Shown: positions 1 to 7,549 of the stretch, in pieces
Layout: the number at the start of each line of letters is the position of its first letter
Numbering within the stretch: the first letter of the stretch is position 1
Source of the DNA: Octopus sinensis
Taxonomy: Eukaryota
Reading direction: 5' to 3'
NCBI RefSeq assembly: GCF_006345805.1
Contig: NW_021828204.1
Coordinates: forward strand, 1 to 9,008
DNA length: 9,008 bases
The notes under the pieces: model-generated
Seen by the model: the letters and a program-made list of their open reading frames with translations, nothing else
What the model was told of the DNA's origin: nothing
Database searches by the model: none
Made by a program: the position numbers and the translations under genes

Positions 1-52
1 AGAGCCACACTACATAAGGAACAGATCCGTTTCCCAAGGTATAGATAGGTAC

Positions 53-121
53 CTTTGAATGAAACATAGATGGATGTGCAGGTAATATCCAACCAAACTT
101 CACAGTGCAAAGAAACCGTTT
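53..121 (-). CDS. Candidate 69-nt internal coding exon (phase 1-1) of an unidentified host gene
   Basis: Minus strand reads ttttctttatttaaactttcttatacag|AAACGG...TTCAAAG|gtacct, with no other AG for ~54 nt upstream. Two frames are open: (E)TVSLHCEVWLDITCTSIYVSFK and KRFLCTVKFGWILPAHPSMFHSK. The donor is only moderate and both frames stay open to the window edge, so the exon could be longer. Confidence 0.4.
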
Positions 122-620
122 CTGTATAAGAAAGTTTAAATAAAGAAAATTTATTTATTGAAAAATACAGAAAACGCCTAAATATAAACGCATAACCAAC
201 TTTGGCCTCAGTATATATTTTAATTCATGATCACATTTCCATCACTGTACATATTCCCTCTCTGTACATTAGTTCATAAATTTTTGTATGTTTATTTATC
301 CAACCCCCAAAATGAGATATTACTTCCCCTGTCCCGAATAACTATCATCAGCCTTTAGATTTTGCTACTTGCTGATTCATTCATAAAATTTCATACAAGA
401 ACATAGACTAAAAACTCCTTAAGCAAAAACGAAATCACAATAACTTCAATGTCATGATTAGCGAAAGCGAAACTGGTAGACAACCACAATATTCTTTCCT
501 TTAATATATATATTAAAACTATGTAAACTGCGTGCATTTTCCTTCTTTTATGATATATATATATTGCATTACAACTCACCACGTGGGAATAATCGAAATT
601 CTCTTCCTCCCTTTTCTTAC

Positions 621-637
621 TATATATATATATATAT

Positions 638-687
<50 letters not shown>

Positions 688-740
688 GTATGTTATATAT
701 ATAATATATATATATTTGTGTGTGTGTGTGTGTGAGTGTG
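621..740. repeat. Compound (TA)n then (TG)n microsatellite
   Basis: Near-perfect TA run 621-680, degenerate TA/TATG to ~716, then a TG run 717-740. Confidence 0.97.
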
Positions 741-883
741 TATCAAGTGTCTGGCGAACGGGAACGTGAAACTCTGAGTAACAATTTTTGTGGTATAATT
801 TTGCACTTTTACTAAAGGCATATTAATCTACCTTTGGTATTCGAGTACTATTTTTCCACCTTGTCTTGTACTTATGTGCTCAC

Positions 884-948
884 CTCTCTCTTTCTCTCTC
901 TCCCCCTCTCCCCCCTCTCTCTCTCTTTCTCTCTGCGTGTGTGCGTGT
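884..948. repeat. (TC)n/C-rich polypyrimidine tract followed by short (TG)n
   Basis: ctctctctttctctctctccccctctc... read directly. Confidence 0.93.
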
Positions 949-965
949 AGATAGCTGGATAATTT

Positions 966-1050
<85 letters not shown>
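966..1050. repeat. Perfect (GATA)n tetranucleotide microsatellite, ~21 units
   Basis: Uninterrupted gata repeat; source of the LSIY ORFs. Confidence 0.99.
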
Positions 1051-1051
<1 letters not shown>

Positions 1052-1109
1052 AAGAAATGTATGTCTGTACATACATTTATATTTTCTATTGTTGGTGACT
1101 AAAAGCAGA

Positions 1110-1213
1110 ATTTTAGTCAATCGATCGGTCTGGAAAGATACTTTTTTTAATCGAGCTCCGAATGAAATAAAAGGCCAAATTGCATCTCAGCCGATTTAGA
1201 CAAACACCGCTAT
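1110..1213 (-). mobile_element. Possible old, degraded fragment of a second SINE-like family
   Basis: tactttttttaatcgagctccgaatgaaataaaaggccaaattgcatctcagccgatttag resembles an abundant octopus repeat as I recall it (tacttatttaatcgaccccgaaaggatgaaaggcaaagtcgacctcggcggaatttg). From memory only, not verified. Confidence 0.35.
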
Positions 1214-1430
1214 AAAGTCACAACCAATTCTGAGTTTTGTTATGCTTAAGGTATATTATATGCTAGTAATAACTGAGGTGGCCTCGTATGGAATACCTTT
1301 AATCATACTTTTCTTTGATCACCGCTAGTCTGGAACAAAGCAACAGATACTTCTTCTAGGCACGTACTTCTCAACAAGTGTTCGATATCTCTAATCTTCG
1401 TTTTTTTATCGTAATGTTTATACGTTCAGA

Positions 1431-1456
1431 CATACATACATACATACATACATACA

Positions 1457-1485
<29 letters not shown>
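1431..1485. repeat. (CATA)n microsatellite
   Basis: About 13 perfect cata units. Confidence 0.98.
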
Positions 1486-1488
<3 letters not shown>

Positions 1489-1768
1489 CGCACACACATA
1501 GACGTAATACATATACATATATATACTCTTTCTCCCGTGTTTTTTTTCTTTTCTATAAAACGCATTGTTGGTATTCCCTAGACTTCATGTCTGCTCCTTA
1601 TTGAATTTTAGAATACAAATTCCAGGAGTTTTAGGAATTCCTGTCTCTTGGAACAATCATTTTATTGTTAAATAAACACACATAATTTATAGCGCACACA
1701 TAATTGGCAGAAAATTTTATCAGTAATTGATACGTCGTTAATATTGAATTTCAAATACGTACACACAA

Positions 1769-1984
1769 ACATACATACATACATACATACACACATATAC
1801 ACATACATACATACATACATGCATGCATGCATGCATACATACATACATACATACATACATACATACATACATACATACATGCATGCATACATACATACAT
1901 ACACACATATACACATACATACATACATACATACATACATGCATGCATGCATACATACATACATACATGCATGCATACATACAT
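1769..1984. repeat. Compound (CATA)n/(TGCA)n microsatellite with higher-order duplication
   Basis: cata runs interrupted by tgca blocks; variant acacacatatacacatac occurs at 1789 and 1901. Confidence 0.97.
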
Positions 1985-2019
1985 AATTACGGATAAATAC
2001 GTAAATGATAAATGTAAAT

Positions 2020-2094
2020 CCATAAACAACACACACACTCACATGTATGCATATATGTACATCTTTAATCAAATATATCTATATATATATATAT

Positions 2095-2141
<47 letters not shown>

Positions 2142-2660
2142 ATATTCCATACACAACACAAACGCACACGCTGCAACAGAATATAGCACACTCAAAGGAC
2201 ATTCAGGCTCACATACATACACATCGAATAGCTCACTAATAGACATACACATACCACGCATATAAATATATATATCACACACACACACACATAGTATATA
2301 TATATACATATATATAATATATATATATATATATATAATATTTTATGCATATATAATAATATATATGTATATATATGCGTATAGATATACATACTTAGTT
2401 GCAACAAATATGCGCACACTCAATCACATACATATTCACATATACATATTTGTATATATGTACAAACCATATACATATATACAAATAGGCACCTATACAT
2501 ATTCATACACACAGACACATATACACACACATACAAACACATGCTTGTTTACTTGCTTATTATTATCAAGCGAAGGCACATAGTCATAATCCAATTACAT
2601 ACATGTGCATATATACACTCACACGCAGAATGACACATAGACATAATACGTCCATACGTA

Positions 2661-2694
<34 letters not shown>
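2020..2694. repeat. Extended low-complexity AT/AC region with (TA)n and (CA)n runs
   Basis: TA runs at ~2080-2145 and ~2295-2340, degenerate AC/AT mosaic, perfect (CA)n 2663-2694. Confidence 0.9.
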
Positions 2695-2696
<2 letters not shown>

Positions 2697-2877
2697 CACT
2701 AAATATACACATATTCGTCCATCTCCGGCTGAGCACAAGGAGAATGTATTTAATTTTTAATCTAAATATCTCTTTAACCATCCTTTTACGTGAATCTATT
2801 TGTATTAATCATTAGAACAATCTTTCACATAGACAGACACACTCACACACACACACAAATTCTACATCTCCTTCTCT

Positions 2878-2881
<4 letters not shown>

Positions 2882-2914
<33 letters not shown>
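2882..2914. repeat. (CT)n microsatellite
   Basis: Perfect ct run; pyrimidine-rich sequence continues to ~2975. Confidence 0.97.
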
Positions 2915-2918
<4 letters not shown>

Positions 2919-3193
2919 GTTATTGTCTCTAAATTCGTTATCAATCCCCTCTTTCTCTCTCTCTTTCCTTCCCTGTGAATTCCCCGTCTTTCAATAAGAA
3001 ATATAATACAAAATATTAATGCCGCTTATTTGATAGTATAATGTAATATGTCTAGTTCTATGTTAGTTCATTTGTTGATTGTTGACACAGTCATGTGGGC
3101 AGTGTTTTACAGTTGTTTTACATCTCTGCGCTATTAATCACGTCATCCGTTCGGCTTCTTCTCCATGCACAACGTTTACATTCCCATTCCTGT

Positions 3194-3224
<31 letters not shown>

Positions 3225-3230
3225 TTTTTT

Positions 3231-3627
3231 TCTCTTTTACTTGTTTCAGTCATTTGACTGCGGCCATGCTGGAGCACCCCCTTTTAGTCGAGCAAATCGA
3301 CCCCGGGACTTATTCTTTGTAAGCCCAGTACTTATTCTATCGGTCTCTTTTGCCGAGCCGCTAAGTGACGGGGACGTAAACACACCAGCATCGGTTTTCA
3401 AGCAATGCTAGGGGGACAAACACAAACATACACGCACACACATATATACATATATATACATATATACGACAGGCTTCTTTCAGTTTCCGTCTACCAAAAC
3501 CACTCACAAAGCTTTGGTCGGCCCGAGGCTATAGCAGAAGACACTTGCCCAAGGTGCCACGCAGTGGGACTGAACCCGGAACCATGTGGCTGGTTAGCAA
3601 GCTACTTACCACACAGCCACTCCTGCG
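3231..3627 (-). mobile_element. Near full-length tRNA-derived SINE (cephalopod OK/OR-like family), copy 1
   Basis: Reverse complement matches the copy at 4574-5003 (9 mismatches over the ~162-nt 5' half). It has A box TGGCTGTGTGG, B box GGTTCAGTCCC, central CCTTGGGCAAGT motif, internal TA/TG microsatellite and tail GACTGAAACAAGTAAAAGAG. Flanked on both sides by (TA)n. Confidence 0.93.
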
Positions 3628-3651
3628 ATATATATATATATAGATATATAT

Positions 3652-3890
3652 TCTTTTATTTTTTTACTTGTTTCAGTCATTTATCTGCGGCCATGCTTTG
3701 TAAGTCTAGTACTTATTCTATCGGTCGTTTGTGCCGAATTTCTAAGTTACAAGGACGTAAACACATGAACATCGGCTGTCAAGTGATGGTGGAGGGACAA
3801 ACACAAACATGCACACACAAACACACACAACCACACACACATATATACATATACATTTATATATGCATATATATATTTATATTATACATA
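3652..3890 (-). mobile_element. SINE copy 2: 3' half plus internal microsatellite, head absent, 45-nt internal deletion
   Basis: ttttacttgtttcagtcattt...gtacttattctatcggtc...ggacgtaaacac...gggacaaacacaaac aligns to copy 1 with more mismatches; ccatgc joins directly to tttgtaag. Confidence 0.9.
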
Positions 3891-4019
3891 TACTCTTTCA
3901 CTCTTTTACTTGTTTCAGTCATTTGACTGCGGCCATGCTGGAGCACCGCCTTTAGTCGAGCAACTCGACCCTGGGACTTATTCTTTGTAAGCCCAGTACT
4001 TATTCTATCGATCTCTTTT
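3891..4019 (-). mobile_element. SINE copy 3: 3'-terminal ~130 nt
   Basis: Nearly identical to the 3' ends of copies 1 and 5, with two tail units. Similarity stops abruptly at atctcttttt; no TSD seen. Confidence 0.92.
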
Positions 4020-4138
4020 TGAAAATGGATGCGTGGTGTTCAATCAATTAATAATATAATATATATGCATATATATATATATATGTGTATGTGTGTGTGT
4101 GTGTGTATGTATGTATATGTATACAATGCATAAATATA

Positions 4139-4269
4139 TATGGTTCTGTGTTCAGTCTCATCTTGGGTAGGTGTCTTCTGCTATAGCTTCGGGCCGACCA
4201 AAGCCTTGTGATAGGACTTCGTATACATACATATATGTATATATATATATATTTATATATATATATATG

Positions 4270-4315
<46 letters not shown>
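4139..4315 (+). mobile_element. SINE fragment: partial head/core with deletions plus internal microsatellite, no 3' half
   Basis: tggttctgtgttcagtctca-tcttgggtaggtgtcttctgctatagcttcgggccgaccaaagccttgtga aligns to 4620-4700, then cgtatacatacatatatg...(TA)n(TG)n. Confidence 0.85.
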
Positions 4316-4345
4316 TTGCAGTTACGAAAATATATTACTTTTCTA

Positions 4346-4530
4346 GGTGGTGGGGGGCTATTACAGCACTTTCCATGGACCAAATTCACTCATTCATTCG
4401 CAAGCGGCAATGGTCACCCCGAGGGCGGTGAGGTGTGGGCTATATATAAAAATACACTTTGCCTTCGGTGCCGCACAGTGCGAATGAACTCCTGACCACG
4501 TGCTAGCAAAACGAGCTTTTTAACAACACA
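4346..4530 (-). mobile_element. Old diverged SINE copy (head and core), internal microsatellite apparently missing
   Basis: ttacag..tttccatggaccaaattcactca..ggcaatggtc..ccg..gggctata..acactttgcc..ggtgccgcacagtg..tgaactc..accacgtg..gagctt..aacaacaca is colinear with 3477-3615 at low identity. Confidence 0.65.
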
Positions 4531-4573
4531 ACGAAATAAATAAATAAATAAAAACAAGAACGAAGAGAAACAT

Positions 4574-5003
4574 AGGCGCAGGCGTGGCTGTGTGGTAAGT
4601 AGCTTGTTTACCTACCACATGGTTCCGGGTTCAGTCCCACTGCGTGGCACCTTGGGCATGTGTCTTCTACTATAGCCTCGGGCCGACCAAAGCCTTGTGA
4701 GTGGATTTGGTAGACGGAAACTGAAAGAAGCCTGTCGTATATATGTATATATATATATATTATATATATATATATGTATGTGTGTGTGTTTCTGTGTGTT
4801 TGTCGCCCTAGCATTGCTTGACAACCGATGCTGGTGTGTTTACGTCCCCATCACTTAGCGGTTCGGCAAAGAGACCGATAGAATAAGTACTGGGCTTACA
4901 AAATAATAAGTCCCGGGGTCGAGTTGCTCGATTAAAGGCGGTGCTCCAGCATGGCCGCAGTCAAAATGACTGAAACAAGTAAAAGAGTAAAAGAGTAAAA
5001 GAG
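4574..5003 (+). mobile_element. Full-length young tRNA-derived SINE, copy 5, with target-site duplication
   Basis: A box 4585-4595, B box 4628-4638, core, internal TA/TG microsatellite ~4737-4800, 3' body and tail (AAAAGAGT)x3. Flanked by direct repeats aaacaagaa(c/a)gaagagaaacat at 4552-4573 and 5011-5032. Confidence 0.96.
4585..4638 (+). promoter_or_regulatory. Internal RNA polymerase III type-2 promoter (A and B boxes) of the SINE head
   Basis: TGGCTGTGTGG approximates TRGCNNARYGG; GGTTCAGTCCC approximates GGTTCGANNCC; tRNA-like spacing. Confidence 0.75.
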
Positions 5004-5220
5004 TAAATAGAAACAAGAAAGAAGAGAAACATGAAATTGATAGGAAGGTTTTCCATCTGCCCACCTTTCGAGGCAATTTATTTAACTTTTGATATAGCGC
5101 CGCGTCAGATAATTTCTGTTGTTTTTATAGATTATGCTTTAGGAACAGGTTTGCATACGACAAACACTTCATCTGGAATAATTCGGTCGTTCGGAAACCG
5201 TTGATGTGTAAAATGTTTAC

Positions 5221-5269
5221 CATATTCCACCAGTGTGATGGAAGAGTTGATGTTGTGATGCCAGAATGT
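5221..5269 (-). CDS. Candidate 49-nt coding exon of an unidentified host gene
   Basis: Minus strand: branch-point-like aTTAAC (~5305-5310), C-rich polypyrimidine tract, ttcatttacag|ACATTCTGG...GAATATG|gtaaac, with no other AG for ~100 nt upstream. Frame TFWHHNINSSITLVEY(+G) ends in phase 1, matching the 121-53 exon. Confidence 0.45.
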
Positions 5270-5509
5270 CTGTAAATGAATGGGTGGAGGGGGGGGAGGG
5301 AGAAGTTAATTATTTTATATCGTTTGGTTTTTTTTTATATCGTTCAAATGAGAGATTTAAAAATGTGTTTTGTTCTTTGTTCTTTGTTTTTTTTTTGTTT
5401 TTTGTTTCCTTTTAATATATCATAAACTGTGTAAAGAGATGACATGCGAAAGAATGTCATCGTCATCACGGTCGTCGTTATCACCATCCTCATTACTGAT
5501 AACAGCATC

Positions 5510-5528
5510 AGTAGTAGTGGTAGTGGTT

Positions 5529-5565
<37 letters not shown>

Positions 5566-5689
5566 AGTAGTAAGTGCAACTGCCGCAGAGGTAGTGACAG
5601 CAGCAGTGGCAGTAGCAGCAGCAGTTGTAGTTGTATTAGTAGTAGTAGTAGTAGTAGAAGTAGAAGTAGAAGTAGAAGCAGCAGTAGTA

Positions 5690-5726
<37 letters not shown>

Positions 5727-5970
5727 TGTTGTTGTTGTAGTTGTTGTGGTAGTAGTAGTAGTAGCAGTAGCAGTAGTTGTAGTAGTAGTAGTAGTAGCAG
5801 TAGTAGTAGTAGTAGTAGTAGTAGAAGTAGAAGCAGCAGCAACAGCAGCAGCAGCAGTAGTAGTAGTAGTAGTAGTAGTAGCAGCAGCAGTAGTAGTAGT
5901 AGTATTAGTAGTAGTAGTAGTAGTAGTCGTAGTAGTAGTAGTAGTAGTAGTAGCTTCAGCAGTAGTAGTA
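5510..5970. repeat. Long mosaic trinucleotide array (AGT)n with AGC/AGA/TGT variants
   Basis: ~460 nt of gta/gca/gaa/gtt triplets with phase breaks at ~5565-5575 and ~5690; source of the poly-V, poly-S and poly-L ORFs. Confidence 0.98.
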
Positions 5971-6129
5971 ACGTTTCAAACACGCATAATGGAATATATA
6001 AATCTTTATTGACAAAGTATTTTGGCCTGTCCATTTGACATAGGGAGCAAAAGTCAAGCTGACATATAGTCAAACGTCGATTTGACACATGCTTCAAGTT
6101 CGTATTGTCATCTATCGAATTGTGATATC

Positions 6130-6378
6130 CTTTATCTTTTATAGTTTACTTACTCCAGTCAATGGACTGCGGACAGGCTGGAGCTCCACCATGACAAGTT
6201 TAATAGAACAAACTGATTTTGGTAACTACTTTCTCTTATTTAAGTATGGTAGTTATTCTATCCGCCTCTGTAGGTAAATTGCTAAGTTAAGGCGGTATAA
6301 ACAAACCATAGGCAGTTGAAAAGCAGTGGAGATGGTACAAACATTTAGACACTCATACACACACACACAGACTCACAC

Positions 6379-6413
<35 letters not shown>
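6130..6413 (-). mobile_element. Old diverged SINE 3' half ending in the internal (CA)n/(TA)n microsatellite
   Basis: ccagtcaatggactgcggacaggctggagc..cc..tagaacaaac..ttattctatc..gctaagtta..gtataaacaaacc..gttgaaaagc.gtgg..acaaaca is colinear with copy 1; no head beyond the TA run. Confidence 0.8.
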
Positions 6414-6418
<5 letters not shown>

Positions 6419-6627
6419 TACTGGAGAAGAAGAAGAAACGAAAGGAAACGGAACGAATCGAATCGAATCGGGAGTTGAACTAGGGACAGCTGATGAAGGG
6501 ATTTTTCCTTGTGTAGTTTGTCTAGTACTCTGTTTTATCTTTGTAAAAAAAAAAGTTCGTTCCATGCTTGTTTTTACGTTTTCGTTCTCTTTGAGTTCTG
6601 CGTCTATTTGTGGTGTCCTGTACTCAC

Positions 6628-6800
6628 GTATATATATATATATATTATATTATATATATATATAGCATGTATATATACATTAGATGTAGATACGTACATA
6701 TATGTATGTATGCATATATTTTATATATATATATATACACATATAAATTTATGTGTATGTATGTATGTATGTGTGTATAAGTATGCATGTATGTATATAT
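6628..6800. repeat. Degenerate (TA)n/(TATG)n low-complexity tract
   Basis: Read directly. Confidence 0.9.
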
Positions 6801-6826
6801 GGATGTAATTATTACATACGTTTGTA

Positions 6827-6908
<82 letters not shown>
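6827..6908. repeat. Perfect (GATA)n microsatellite, ~20 units
   Basis: Uninterrupted atag repeat. Confidence 0.99.
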
Positions 6909-6932
6909 GTATAACATGTTTATATGTATGTA

Positions 6933-7195
6933 TATCATTGTTCAGTTTTATTTTAAGATTTCTTGCCAATAAAGCAAAAGCTGGTTTCTAACCTAAATTC
7001 AAAGCTCCCTCATTGGAATTTCAACATCAACAACAGGGTATTTTTGTATGTATGTATGTATATGTGCGATTTGCTTTATATAGTTGCTTATCTAGACATG
7101 CTCATATATATTTAAATGATAAACTTCTGGAGAGTTATACAGATTTTTACAGTTCCGGTGATGGATTGAATCTGTAGTCTTCGAGGTCAATAGAG
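6933..7195. repeat. Probable fragment of an unclassified octopus interspersed repeat
   Basis: atcattgttcagttttattttaagatttcttgccaata...tcattggaatttcaacatcaacaacagggtatttttgtatgtatg... resembles a sequence I recall as common in octopus DNA. No internal structural proof; class and orientation unknown. Confidence 0.35.
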
Positions 7196-7228
7196 ATTTA
7201 TTTTTCCATATGACTACCATATGATCAT

Positions 7229-7396
7229 GCGGCGGGCTTCTTCACAGTTTCCATATGCCAAATTCTCTCATAAAACATTGGTCGGCACGAGACTAGCCTA
7301 TAGTTGAAGACTCTTGCTCAAGCTGCTCGCAATGGGACCGAACCCAAAACCACGTGGTTGCAAAGCAAGCTTCTAAAACACAGGTATGTCTGCATC
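7229..7396 (-). mobile_element. Diverged SINE 5' half (tRNA head plus core) of an older subfamily; no microsatellite or 3' half
   Basis: ggcgggcttcttcacagtttcc...ccaaattc.ctca...ttggtcggcacg...ctatagttgaagactcttgctcaag.tgc..gcaatgggaccgaaccc..aaccacgtggttgcaaagcaagcttct aligns to 3467-3627. Confidence 0.85.
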
Positions 7397-7549
7397 TTAG
7401 TGATAAAAATATCTCGGAAGATAATTTTCGATGAAAATAGTTTACTTCTAAAGAGATTGCTTATATGCCATTTGTATAATCTTGTTGCTTTAATCGACCT
7501 GGCTAATGAAACTCTCATTCCTATTCTTTAGTGTATATTATTTTTTTAT

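Noticed and set aside
324-371. Possible 48-nt minus-strand exon (cag...gtaata)
   Set aside because: All three frames contain stops and the acceptor lacks a pyrimidine tract.
574-620. Perfect minus-strand donor G|GTGAGT at 579-574
   Set aside because: Upstream there is only a (TA)n tract with no polypyrimidine acceptor; no exon could be defined.
828-2978. ORFs rich in YIYI, MYVC, HTHT, LSIY and SLSL repeats
   Set aside because: They are translations of di- and tetranucleotide microsatellites that lack stop codons; no protein-like complexity. The same applies to ORFs at 6353-6969 and 8486-9007.
4574-4650. tRNA gene
   Set aside because: A and B boxes are present, but I could not build a convincing cloverleaf, and it continues into the SINE body with a TSD; it is a tRNA-derived head.
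3079-5076. ORFs containing SHLTAAMLEH, DCGHAGAPP, GRPEAIAEDTCPRCHAVGLNPEPCG
   Set aside because: They are translations of the non-coding SINE on either strand; database hits to hypothetical octopus proteins would most likely be annotation contamination.
5370-6097. Poly-Val, poly-Ser and poly-Leu ORFs as a real low-complexity protein
   Set aside because: They derive from the (AGT)n array, which has phase breaks and no supporting splice or start context.
6371-6470. Very strong-looking minus acceptor (ttcttcttctccag at ~6421) with downstream GTGAGT
   Set aside because: The tract is a GAA/GAAAC simple repeat and the implied exon is almost all (TA)n from a SINE remnant; probably chance, though exonisation cannot be excluded.
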